This document shows, piece by piece, positions 1-9,005 of a stretch of 64,000 nt of DNA (the first letter of the stretch is position 1; every line of letters begins with the position of its first letter). The notes beneath the pieces were generated by a model, which saw only the letters and a list, made by a program, of their open reading frames with translations, was not told the DNA's origin and did no database searches. The DNA comes from Terriglobia bacterium (lineage in GTDB: Bacteria > Acidobacteriota > Terriglobia > UBA7540 > JAPUME01): contig CAUVWZ020000001.1 in NCBI GenBank assembly GCA_963555835.3, positions 825,540 through 889,539 of the forward strand. Direction: 5' to 3'. Position numbers and translations under genes: made by a program.

Positions 1-542
1 AGGGAGAGAATCTCAACGGGACAGGGGCGCGCCGGACCGGCATCCAGTACGGTGAACTTACCCGCCTGCCGCGCGATGCGTAGCGAGGCTTCCACCACTT
101 CGAGGGGAATTTCCAGCACCGTCATCAGCACATCGGCTGCCTCGATCACCGGCCTCGCCGCTTCGATGTCCGCCGCACGGATGCCATAGTTGGCCCCGCC
201 GTCAACCACGATCGCGTTGTTTCCTGAGGGGAGCAACGAGATGAAGCCGCAGCCGGTATTATGATCCGGGTCGGTCTTGACGCTGCGGAGGTCGAGTCCC
301 CCTTTTTCGAGTTCCTTACGCAGAAACGCCCCAAAAGCATCATCTCCGACGGCGCCGATCAGATTCGTCTCGGCCCCCAGCCGGCGGGTAGCAATGGCCT
401 GATTCGCCCCCTTGCCTCCCGCGAAGGTTTTTAGTCCCGAGGCAGGGAGACTCTCACCCTCCCGGATGAGCCGCGGGACCTTTACCACGATGTCAAAGTT
501 GATGCTCCCGACAACCGCAACTCGAAGGGGACGGTTTCCCAT
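1..542 (-). CDS. rbsK: Ribokinase / PfkB-family sugar kinase, N-terminal part (C-terminus lies off the left edge)
   Basis: Own translation from ATG at 542..540: MGNRPLRVAVVGSINFDIVVKVPRLIREGESLPASGLKTFAGGKGANQAIATRRLGAE... The GGKGANQA motif and overall pattern are typical of ribokinase. It is not in the ORF track because it runs off the window. Confidence 0.8.
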   Translation of the reverse strand, partial: MGNRPLRVAVVGSINFDIVVKVPRLIREGESLPASGLKTFAGGKGANQAIATRRLGAETNLIGAVGDDAFGAFLRKELEKGGLDLRSVKTDPDHNTGCGFISLLPSGNNAIVVDGGANYGIRAADIEAARPVIEAADVLMTVLEIPLEVVEASLRIARQAGKFTVLDAGPARPCPVEILS

Positions 543-686
543 GAAAGCCCCATTTCCTTCCTCAGAAGACTAAGCCCATATCCGCCGTTGATGTCATGCG
601 GAGGAAAAAATTGTCAAGATGAAATGGAGAGAAGAACCTGCACGTCAGGCGGTCTCAAAGAATGCTGCCTACTTCGTCAACTTTCC

Positions 687-1823
687 TCATCGGCTTCCTC
701 GCCCATAACGCTTCAGGACTTGTTTCACTTCTTCAATCGGCAAAGCTCGACCGACGTTTCCATCGCGGCCCTTGAGTGTTGTCGCGCGAACCAGCGAGTT
801 GTAGATGGCTTCCTCGGTTGCCTCGGCGGCGGCCTGAAAAAGAGGGGATATCCGATCGTCGGGAAATCGAGGAACCTGCCTCAGCCCCTCCGGGCCGGAG
901 TGTAAGATGCGTGTTTCCCGAGCGGTCGAAAAGGCGATTACATAGTCGCCGCTGCCGTGCGAGAACGAGGCGCCCGTCCGCGCCATTCCCGCAAGCGCGC
1001 GGCGAGCCAGGCGCTTTAATTGCCGGGGATCGAGGGGCGCGTCGGTCGAAACCACCATTACGCAAGACCCATCACGGTTCTCGTCATTACGCCGGGGGGC
1101 ATACCGGGCGAGATGCTTTCCGAGAGGGACACCGTCCATGGTGAGCATGCCTCCAAAGTTGGTCTGTGCCAGCACGCCGACGGTGTAGCTTCCCAGCTCC
1201 TTCGGCAGACGGCGGGATGAAGTGCCGATACCTCCCTTGAAGCCGAAGGCCAGGGTGCCGGTTCCGGCTCCCACAGACCCTTCTTCGAGGGGTCCACCAC
1301 GGGCCGACTCCAGGGCTTTGCGAAAATGAGGGAGCTTCAGGTGGCGGCCTCGGATGTCGTTGAGTGTGCCGTCATTGGTCTCAGCAACCACAGGATTGAC
1401 CGAACGGACATCCTCATTGCCGGGAATCGCCAGGGTGTATTCGACCAGCGCCGCTGCCGCCTCCCAGACGTTCAAGGTGTTGGTCAGGAGGATGGGTGTT
1501 TCCAGTTGCCCGAGTTCTTCCACTTGAGTCGAGCCGATGAGTTTTCCGAATCCGTTCCCCACCACAACCGCAGCGGGCACTTTGTGCCGGAAGAGATTTC
1601 CCGGTGCGGGAACAATGGCCGTGGCCCCGGTCCGGACGCGGTCGCCTTCGATCAATGTGAAGTGTCCAACCCTTACGCCTCTTACATCGGTGATGGCATT
1701 CAGGGGGCCGGGGGCAAACACTCCGGGGGCAATGCCGATTTCGCGGGCCCGCGGGCGGGTGGGCTCCTGGGCAAGCGCGGAAACCGTCAGGGCAAGAAAA
1801 ATCAAACAAGCGGTTCTGTGCAC
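687..1823 (-). CDS. DmpA/S58 (P1) family aminopeptidase, secreted
   Basis: ORF 687..1976 carries AITDVRGVRVGHFTL, RTGATAIV and GGIGTSS motifs typical of L-aminopeptidase/D-esterase DmpA-like proteins. The likely start is the GTG at 1823 (VHRTACLIFLALTVSALAQE signal peptide). The ATG at 1976 would overlap the upstream gene. Confidence 0.75.
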   Translation of the reverse strand: MHRTACLIFLALTVSALAQEPTRPRAREIGIAPGVFAPGPLNAITDVRGVRVGHFTLIEGDRVRTGATAIVPAPGNLFRHKVPAAVVVGNGFGKLIGSTQVEELGQLETPILLTNTLNVWEAAAALVEYTLAIPGNEDVRSVNPVVAETNDGTLNDIRGRHLKLPHFRKALESARGGPLEEGSVGAGTGTLAFGFKGGIGTSSRRLPKELGSYTVGVLAQTNFGGMLTMDGVPLGKHLARYAPRRNDENRDGSCVMVVSTDAPLDPRQLKRLARRALAGMARTGASFSHGSGDYVIAFSTARETRILHSGPEGLRQVPRFPDDRISPLFQAAAEATEEAIYNSLVRATTLKGRDGNVGRALPIEEVKQVLKRYGRGSR

Positions 1824-1944
1824 AAGGCCTTTCCCACGAGAGATCAGTGTCGAGTACAAGAATTCACCCGGGGGAGTGGTTCCGGAAAATGTCGAGCTTC
1901 GAGCCGGGAGGGAGGAACCTCTCCCAAACGAATCAGGCACAAGC

Positions 1945-3801
1945 TTAGAACGGGTAGCGTTCCAGTCGAACGGCACGCTCCGCTACTCGCCGCTTCAATT
2001 CGATTACGTCCACGGGGGACCGCTTCAGAAAGCGCCGAAGGACGGACAATTGAACCCGCAGCGTGTCACCCTCCTCGATGCGGGCCAGCGCACGGCGGGC
2101 CTCGATTTCCAGCCGATCGATCCCCTCGTGGACAGCAATCTGCGCCACGTCACAGGCGACACCACACTCACCGTTTCGACCACTATTCCGGCCACGGTTC
2201 GGGCCACTGTTCAATGACCCATCCCCACGCCCGAGATCCTTGAGAGCGCGGAGCAGGCCGCTCTCCATGGCATAAACTTCAATCACCATGTTGCTCACCG
2301 CACCGATAACCTCCTGCTCCTCGGAAAGCCCCTTGCCATATTTCCGGACCGCGCTCCCGGCCACAAGAAGAACCGCCTTCCGGGCGCCCTCGATCAGGCC
2401 GGTCTCGGTCCCCAGGGCGCTGTCTTCCGCCTTCGCTTCTGAAACAGAGGCCTGGGGCGACAGAATGTCGTCCATCAACTTCTGTGCCTCGGAGATCAAG
2501 GGCAGCTCACCCTTGAGCGAACGCTTGAGCAGCATGTCGACAATCAGCAGGCGGTTGATCTCATCCGTGCCCTCGAAAATCCGATTGATACGCGAATCGC
2601 GATAAGCGCGCTCTACGTAGTATTCCGCCGAATACCCGTAACCGCCGTGAATCTGAACCGCCTGGTCGGTCACGTAATCCATGGCCTCCACCCCGAAGAC
2701 CTTTGCGATGGAGCACTCGACGGCATACTCCTGAATCGCCCGAAGAATTCGGGCCGAAGCGTCAACGGAATTCGCCTTACCCCCCTCGAGCAGAGACTCG
2801 ATCAGCCCCGCCGTCCGATAGGTGACGCTCTCCCCGACGTAGGTACGGACGGTCATCTCACCCAGCTTTTCTTTGATCAGGCCGAAATCAGCAATCGGCT
2901 TCCCAAAAGCGACGCGCTCTTTAGCCCACCTCACCGATTCTCTGACCAAAGCTTTGCACGCCCCGATGGCGGAGGCTCCCAGCTTCAGGCGGCCGATGTT
3001 CAAGATGTTAAAGGCGATCAGGTGGCCCTTGCCGACCTCACCCAGCACATTTTCCACCGGCACCCGCGCGTCCTCCAGAATCACGGGCGTAGTCGAAGAC
3101 CCCCGGATGCCCATTTTCTTTTCCTCTGCGCCGACGGACAAACCGCGCGTCGAGCGCTCGACCAGGAAAGCGGTGAACTTTTCCCCGTCAACTTTCGCGA
3201 AGAGTGTAAAGAGATCGGCAAATCCACCGTTCGTGGTCCACATCTTCGTGCCGTTCACGACGTAGTGGGTTCCCTCAGGACTCAGGGTGGCCCTGGTGTG
3301 GCAGTTCAGGGCGTCGGAGGCGGACGTGGCTTCGCTCAGCGAATAAGCGGCGATCATCTCCGCCGTCGCCAGGCGGGGCAGATAGCGAGCCTTCTGCTCC
3401 TCGGTCCCAAAGTAGACCAGAGGCAGGGTGCCGATGGTCACATGCCCACCCATGGTGGCCGTAAAGGACGCATCAGCGCCCGTAGCCTCGGCAACCACCA
3501 GAGAAGTAATTTTGTCGAGTTCCAGACCCCCGTAAGCGGCGGGAACATCCACCGCCGTAAGGCCCAGCTCCCCTGCGCGGCGAAGCAGCTCACGGCAAAG
3601 CCGGTGCTGTTGGGAGTGGTCCTCGAGGTCGGCGACGCGGGGGAGGACCTCCTTTTGAATGAACTCTATCGTCGTACGCGCGATCATCCGTTGTTGATCG
3701 TTCAAGTCCTCGGGGGTAAAGACCTCTTCCGGGCGGCGGGAGGCGATCAGAAAGCTGCCGCCTTTGAACCCTGCCGCGATCGGGGTGGACGCACTACCCA
3801 T
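1945..3801 (-). CDS. Acyl-CoA dehydrogenase (long form with C-terminal extension)
   Basis: 618-aa ORF with ACAD N/M/C domain hallmarks (YSLSEATSASD, GTKMWTTNG, IHGGYGYSAEYYVERAYRDSRINRIFEGTDEI). Confidence 0.85.
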   Translation of the reverse strand: MGSASTPIAAGFKGGSFLIASRRPEEVFTPEDLNDQQRMIARTTIEFIQKEVLPRVADLEDHSQQHRLCRELLRRAGELGLTAVDVPAAYGGLELDKITSLVVAEATGADASFTATMGGHVTIGTLPLVYFGTEEQKARYLPRLATAEMIAAYSLSEATSASDALNCHTRATLSPEGTHYVVNGTKMWTTNGGFADLFTLFAKVDGEKFTAFLVERSTRGLSVGAEEKKMGIRGSSTTPVILEDARVPVENVLGEVGKGHLIAFNILNIGRLKLGASAIGACKALVRESVRWAKERVAFGKPIADFGLIKEKLGEMTVRTYVGESVTYRTAGLIESLLEGGKANSVDASARILRAIQEYAVECSIAKVFGVEAMDYVTDQAVQIHGGYGYSAEYYVERAYRDSRINRIFEGTDEINRLLIVDMLLKRSLKGELPLISEAQKLMDDILSPQASVSEAKAEDSALGTETGLIEGARKAVLLVAGSAVRKYGKGLSEEQEVIGAVSNMVIEVYAMESGLLRALKDLGRGDGSLNSGPNRGRNSGRNGECGVACDVAQIAVHEGIDRLEIEARRALARIEEGDTLRVQLSVLRRFLKRSPVDVIELKRRVAERAVRLERYPF

Positions 3802-3803
3802 GT

Positions 3804-4796
3804 CTACCGCCTCTGATTTCCCCGCCGACGATCAATCTGCGCTCCCGGGTCGAGGAGAGCCCGAATTCTGGGTTCCTCAAGATTTTCCCGCGTAGCCAGG
3901 GTGGGAGTCATGTCGATTCTTCGCGGGGGCCGCCCTCCCTCCAGGCTATCGACCAGCGTCATGAAGGCATGGTAGCCCATGTTGAAAGGGTCCTGCAGAA
4001 CCAGCGAGTCAATCACACCCGTCCTGAGATCCTCTTCGAGACTGGGAGAAGTATCAAACCCGATAACCTTCAGCTTGCCGGCAACGCCCCGCGATTTTAC
4101 GGCCTGCGCCGCCCCTATGGTGCCTGACTCATTCGAAGCAAAGATGCCGTCCAGGTCAGGGTGAGCAGTCAGTATATCGGCCGCCACCGCCAGGGAACGT
4201 GCACGGTCCGACATCCCGTACTGAAATGCCACCAGTTCCAGGTCAGGGAATTCCCTGGCAAGCGTTTCCCGGAACCCGTTCTCGCGCTCCAGGGTGGAGG
4301 CGCTGCCCGCCGTCACTCCGATCATCGCCACCCGGCCCTTGCCCTCGAGAATTTCGGCCATCCTTCTCGCCCCCAGGACTCCTCCCCTATAGTTATCCGT
4401 GGCCACGAAGGAGACATAATCCTCCGTGTTCGCGCCCGAGTCGAAGATGGTCAAAGGAATACCGGCCGCACTCACGCGCTCGATGGCCGGGACCAGAGCC
4501 TCGCGGTCGGTCGGCGCCAGCAGAACGGCTTCCACCTGCCGGTTGATCATGTCGTCCAAAATCTCCACCTGGCGAGCATAGTCGGTTTCGGTCGCGGGCG
4601 CGTTCCAGAAAATCTCAAATCCCGACTCGTTCGCGGCGGCAAGGGTTCCGGCATGAACAGCCATCCAGAAGACGTGGGCCTGAGATTTAGGGACGACGCC
4701 GATGACTCGGCGAGTCTCCCGCCCGCAGAAAGAAAATGAGATCAGGATTCCCAATCCGATCAACATTCGGGCGCAAACGGAGAATGCCGGCTTCAT
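3804..4796 (-). CDS. Sugar-type periplasmic binding protein (RbsB/PBP1-like) lipoprotein; orphan, with no adjacent permease or ATPase
   Basis: ORF 3804..4829. Likely start is MKPAFSVCARMLIGLGILISFSFCG (lipobox-like). The body matches the ribose/galactose-binding fold pattern (VIGVVPKS..., ATDNYRGG, FDTSP...QDPFNMGY). Confidence 0.75.
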   Translation of the reverse strand: MKPAFSVCARMLIGLGILISFSFCGRETRRVIGVVPKSQAHVFWMAVHAGTLAAANESGFEIFWNAPATETDYARQVEILDDMINRQVEAVLLAPTDREALVPAIERVSAAGIPLTIFDSGANTEDYVSFVATDNYRGGVLGARRMAEILEGKGRVAMIGVTAGSASTLERENGFRETLAREFPDLELVAFQYGMSDRARSLAVAADILTAHPDLDGIFASNESGTIGAAQAVKSRGVAGKLKVIGFDTSPSLEEDLRTGVIDSLVLQDPFNMGYHAFMTLVDSLEGGRPPRRIDMTPTLATRENLEEPRIRALLDPGAQIDRRRGNQRR

Positions 4797-5027
4797 CGTT
4801 CGATTAAAGCCCCCCTGGAGAAGTGCCACCAGACTAGCCCTACGAATCGCACGGTGTCAAATACCGACTCCATTTGCTCCCGCCCCACGGATCGACTCGC
4901 CGCCCGGGAAATCAAGAACTCTGGTGACTTCGCCGGTAGGATTCGCTAAGATTAGATAGTAGTGACCGCGGCGGTAGCCCCGGTTGCATTAACGGCTGGC
5001 GTGCAAGGTCGCCAGGGTAAGGTACCC

Positions 5028-5936
5028 ATGCCCGAGAAAGACTCCTCCCGTGAACCTCTTGCCAATCTGGACGAGTGGGAAGACTTTCTGAAAGACCGCT
5101 ATCCGCCCGAATCACAGCCCCGTACCCACGATTCGAAACCCTTCGTCGCTATCGACCCCAATAAGAAGGCGGGGGAGTTTCGCGACTACCGTGCCGAAGC
5201 GCGCAGCTCCGTAAAGGAGTTTTACCTGCTGAATCATACCCGCCAAACTCTGGATTTCGTTCGCGGCAAGAGGCAGGAATACTTGTCCGCCTCAAGGCGT
5301 TCGATGAGCGTTTGGGAGGCGATGGAGGCGCTCGATGCGCTGGTCGATGACAGCGACCCGGATACCGATCTGCCTCAGATCGAGCATTATTTCCAGACCG
5401 CCGAGGCCATCCGCAAGGCCGGCCATCCCGGCTGGTTCATTCTGACCGGCTTCATCCACGATCTCGGAAAGGTCCTCTGCCTGTTCGGTGAACCGCAATG
5501 GGCGGTGGTCGGTGATACCTTTCCGGTGGGTTGCGCCTTTTCCGACAAGATCGTATTTCCGGAGTTCTTCGCCGAGAACCCAGACTCGAAGGTCGCCGAA
5601 TATCGGACGCGGCTGGGAGTCTATGAGGAAAACTGCGGGCTGGACCGCGTGAATATGTCCTGGGGGCACGACGAGTATCTCTATCACGTCGTCAAGGATT
5701 ACCTGCCCGATGAATCACTCTATATGATCCGCTATCACTCCTTCTACCCGGCCCACCGGGAAGGAGAATATACCTGCCTGATGAACCAACGCGACCGGGA
5801 GATGTTCGCCTGGGTGCGGAAGTTCAATCCCTTCGACCTCTATTCGAAAAGCAAAGAGAGACCCAACCAGAAAGAGATCCGACCTTTCTACGAAGAGCTG
5901 GTCTCCGAGTTCCTGCCCGCCAAACTCCGCTGGTGA
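5028..5936 (+). CDS. myo-Inositol oxygenase (MIOX, HD-domain di-iron oxygenase)
   Basis: ORF 4962..5936 has the MIOX signature blocks [21 protein letters not shown] and the C-terminal ...LPAKLRW. The ATG at 5028 has AAGG about 7 nt upstream. Confidence 0.8.
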   Translation: MPEKDSSREPLANLDEWEDFLKDRYPPESQPRTHDSKPFVAIDPNKKAGEFRDYRAEARSSVKEFYLLNHTRQTLDFVRGKRQEYLSASRRSMSVWEAMEALDALVDDSDPDTDLPQIEHYFQTAEAIRKAGHPGWFILTGFIHDLGKVLCLFGEPQWAVVGDTFPVGCAFSDKIVFPEFFAENPDSKVAEYRTRLGVYEENCGLDRVNMSWGHDEYLYHVVKDYLPDESLYMIRYHSFYPAHREGEYTCLMNQRDREMFAWVRKFNPFDLYSKSKERPNQKEIRPFYEELVSEFLPAKLRW

Positions 5937-5974
5937 ACAACGGCCGCGCCTGGCGATTCCTACTCAGAAATGAG

Positions 5975-6003
5975 TTGAAATATACTTATTTGTGACTTAT
6001 AAG
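5975..6003 (+). promoter_or_regulatory. Putative sigma70-type promoter for the 6030..6642 gene pair
   Basis: TTGAAA (5975-5980), 17-nt spacer, TATAAG (5998-6003), in an AT-rich stretch. GAGGG lies ~10 nt before the ATG at 6030. Confidence 0.35.
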
Positions 6004-6029
6004 AGAGTATATTGTGAGGGCACTCTGCC

Positions 6030-6371
6030 ATGTCAAGAATCCAGCCGGTGCTTAACAAAACCGAATCCGATTTGGTTGATCAGGTCGCAGAGTTGACGCA
6101 CACGAAGCGGACTGACGTTATCAAGAACGCCATTGCCGTCTATCACTGGTTCGTGCGCCAGGCCATTACCGGCGCCCGCGTTGTGGCGCACAGGGCCACC
6201 GGTGAGGAAGTGGCGCTTGAGACGCCCGAACTTGTGGCGTTGCAAGGCAAGGGCAATCGACTGAGCCCGGAAGAGCTGGGGTTGTTGGCAAAGAAGCTGG
6301 CAACGGTCTCAGACCCCGTGGAAGCGGCACAACTGCGCGACCGGCTCACTCGCGGCTTTTACGGAATTTAG
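6030..6371 (+). CDS. Small protein with an N-terminal ribbon-helix-helix-like (CopG/antitoxin-like) segment
   Basis: 113-aa ORF. The N-terminus IQPVLNKTESDLVDQVAELTHTKRTDVIKNAIAVYHWF fits a beta-strand/helix/helix RHH pattern. The assignment is by pattern only. Confidence 0.5.
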   Translation: MSRIQPVLNKTESDLVDQVAELTHTKRTDVIKNAIAVYHWFVRQAITGARVVAHRATGEEVALETPELVALQGKGNRLSPEELGLLAKKLATVSDPVEAAQLRDRLTRGFYGI

Positions 6372-6400
6372 CCCATGCTTTTACGGAATTTAGCCCATGC
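6355..6400 (+). repeat. Perfect 22-bp tandem duplication of the stop/start junction between the two small ORFs
   Basis: CTTTTACGGAATTTAGCCCATG occurs at 6356-6377 and again at 6378-6399. Each copy contains the TAG stop context of the upstream ORF and an ATG. Confidence 0.95.
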
Positions 6401-6642
6401 CGAAGGTTCGCCGCCGCAATCTCCCCCCGGCCCTGTTTCAACACCTGCTTGACCGCGTCCAAAGCCGAAAAATCCCCTCGGATCAATTAGTGCTGCTGGC
6501 CCATTGGTTGGACAGCGAACCTGAAGTCCCTGAGAGCGCCTGGTACAAACGTTTTCCCAAGATGACCGTTTGCGGGGAAGGAGAGCTGATCAGGACTTTC
6601 CTTCTTCCCGGCCAACATCCCAAAGGCAAGCGTATTCGGTAG
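6397..6642 (+). CDS. Hypothetical small protein (81 aa), partner of the RHH-like ORF
   Basis: ORF starts at the ATG in the second repeat copy: MPKVRRRNLPPALFQHLLDRVQSRKIPSDQLVLLAHWLDSEPEVPESAWYKRFPKMTVCGEGELIRTF... No family recognised. Confidence 0.45.
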   Translation: MPKVRRRNLPPALFQHLLDRVQSRKIPSDQLVLLAHWLDSEPEVPESAWYKRFPKMTVCGEGELIRTFLLPGQHPKGKRIR

Positions 6643-6798
6643 AACGGTGGAGAAGGCGACGCGGCTTCCGGCTTTATACTCTTAGGCACGAGGCTCCCCT
6701 GCATCCCAATCTCTTTAAGGCTGCATTGGGTGGGTTGGTATCTGCCCATAGACGCGCCCGCTCCCGTCAAGCGGTTTCGCGTTCCGAAGCTTCGGGGT

Positions 6799-8790
6799 TT
6801 ACAATTGTTTTTCCGCCTTCAGTACCTCGCGGAGCTTGTGCCCCAGGGCGGAGAGCGAGAAAGGTTTCTGCAGGAAACTGGCCTTGCCCTCCGAGATTCC
6901 GTGGTGCAGGAGGGCGCCGTTCGTGAAGCCGGAGACGAAAAGTATCCTCATCTCCGGGCGCAGGATGCGGGCACGCTGGGCCACCTCCGGACCCGTTAAT
7001 CCGGGCATGGCGACATCGGTGACCATAATGTGAATAGGGCTCTGGTGGCGCTCGCAGATCAGCAGGGCTTCGCTTCCTTCGCCGGCCTCAAGCACCGTAT
7101 AGCCGTTGGCCTCGAGGAATTCCCGGGTCACATTGCGCACTCCTGGTTCGTCTTCCACTAGAAGCACGGTTTCGGTTCCGGGAACGGATACGACGAGGGG
7201 CGGATCCGCCGGAGAACCATCCACAGCAGCCTCGACCCGCGGAAGGTAAACCTTGAAGGTGGTGCCCTTGCCCTGCTCGCTATACACCCAGATGTGGCCG
7301 CCGCTCTGCTTGACGATTCCGTACACGGCGGAGAGTCCCAGTCCGGTTCCTCTTCCCCGTTTTTTGGTGGTATAAAACGGCTCGAAGATGTGAGGCCGCT
7401 CTTCGGGCTTAATTCCCACCCCGGTATCGCTCACGGCCAGCATCACACAGGGACCGGAGGGCATACCCTCCGGTTGACCCTCATTAGGTTTATCGAGATC
7501 GGCGTTCGAAGTTTCGATCAGGAGCTTGCCCTTACCGGGCATCGCATCCCGGGCGTTCAAAGCCAAATTCATGATGACCTGCTCGAACTGGTCCAGGTCG
7601 GCCTTGACACGGCTCAGCGAGGGATCCAATACGGTCACTACCTCGATATCCTGCCTAACCAAAGGCCGCAGAAGCTTTTCCGCCCGACGGACCACCTCGT
7701 TGGGATCGAAGATGCGGGGAACCAGCATCTGCTTGCGATCGAAGGCCAGCAACTGCTTGGTCAAGGCCGCAGCCCTCTCGGTGGCTTGTTGAATCTCTTC
7801 GGCGTGCCTGTGGAGTGGATTTTCCGGCCCCAGACGAGCAGCCAGCAACTCGCTGTAGCCCCGCACGACCATCAGGAGGTTGTTGAAGTCGTGGGCCATT
7901 CCCCCCGCCAGCCGCCCCACCGCTTCCATCTTCTCCGCTTCGTGGACCTGTTCCAGGTTGTGGCGGCGGGCCATTTCCTGGGATCTTCGCTCCGTCGTGT
8001 CCCGCAAAACCAGTTGCACGGTCCCCAATTTCTGATAGTTAAGAGTACGCCCGGTTATCTCAACCTCCCTCACTTGCCCGTCCGGCCGAACCAGCCGCGT
8101 CTCGAAGGTCCCGATCTCCTTCATCTCCCCGCCCAGGAGGCGGAGCTGCCTCAAAGTCGCTTCCTTTTGATCAGGATGCAAGAATTCCTCGAGCCCTTTT
8201 CCTATAATCTGCCCGGCTTCTGCGGCGCCGATCAGGCGGAGCCCCTCTTGATTAGCGAAAGCAATCTTGCCTTCGACTAGAACCAACAGGCCGCCGGGGG
8301 CTTGCTCCACCATCTGGTGAAAATAAGCCACGATTTCTGCAGTCGCCTCTTCCGCCTTCCCACTTTCATCTCGTTCTTGTTGCCCTGCCGTCCGTTGACC
8401 AACAGACGGTTCCATTCCGGCGGGTCGCCGAACGGGCTCAAGCACCCCCAGGATGCCGATCACTTCACCGGCTTCATCGCGAAGTGGAGAAGCGGAAAGG
8501 GACACATCGACCCTAGAGCCGTCCTTTTTCTGGCGGATGAGATCCAACCCGGTATAAGCATTCCCCCGGGCGACGATTCGGTGCAAAAGGAGGGATTCCT
8601 CTCGCTTGTTCCTGGGAACGATCGGCAGAGAACTACCCTGCACTTCCCACTCGCTCCACCCGAACAGGCGCTCGGCTGCCGTATTCCAAAGCTGAACGCG
8701 TCCGTCCAAATCCAGGACAACCGCCGGCAACGCCAAGTCCCGGATCAGCGAGAGAATTGCGCGATTGACTGGTTGGTCTGAACTCGGCAA
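6799..8790 (-). CDS. Hybrid sensor histidine kinase (PAS-PAS-HisKA-HATPase-REC)
   Basis: 663-aa ORF with two PAS-like blocks, an H-box GGMAHDFNNLL, N/G boxes (NLALNARDAM, DTGVGI, GTGLGLS) and a C-terminal receiver (LLVEDEPGVR...TDVAMPGLTG). Confidence 0.85.
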   Translation of the reverse strand: MPSSDQPVNRAILSLIRDLALPAVVLDLDGRVQLWNTAAERLFGWSEWEVQGSSLPIVPRNKREESLLLHRIVARGNAYTGLDLIRQKKDGSRVDVSLSASPLRDEAGEVIGILGVLEPVRRPAGMEPSVGQRTAGQQERDESGKAEEATAEIVAYFHQMVEQAPGGLLVLVEGKIAFANQEGLRLIGAAEAGQIIGKGLEEFLHPDQKEATLRQLRLLGGEMKEIGTFETRLVRPDGQVREVEITGRTLNYQKLGTVQLVLRDTTERRSQEMARRHNLEQVHEAEKMEAVGRLAGGMAHDFNNLLMVVRGYSELLAARLGPENPLHRHAEEIQQATERAAALTKQLLAFDRKQMLVPRIFDPNEVVRRAEKLLRPLVRQDIEVVTVLDPSLSRVKADLDQFEQVIMNLALNARDAMPGKGKLLIETSNADLDKPNEGQPEGMPSGPCVMLAVSDTGVGIKPEERPHIFEPFYTTKKRGRGTGLGLSAVYGIVKQSGGHIWVYSEQGKGTTFKVYLPRVEAAVDGSPADPPLVVSVPGTETVLLVEDEPGVRNVTREFLEANGYTVLEAGEGSEALLICERHQSPIHIMVTDVAMPGLTGPEVAQRARILRPEMRILFVSGFTNGALLHHGISEGKASFLQKPFSLSALGHKLREVLKAEKQL

Positions 8791-9005
8791 GGTACAGCTC
8801 CGTTACTCAGCCTTCTTGAACTTTCGTTTCCAGCCGTATTCCGTTTTGAAATAAATCCGGCAGTCTCCACCTGGGAGGCGGGATACCATTACTCTGAATA
8901 TCGGCCCTCCTGGTTCGCACCAGGAGCGGAAAAAGACTCTTGAATTCGGTTACGGATTCTGAGGGAGTTCCTCAGGAAGGGTCGCATTGTACCTCAAAAC
9001 CGAGT

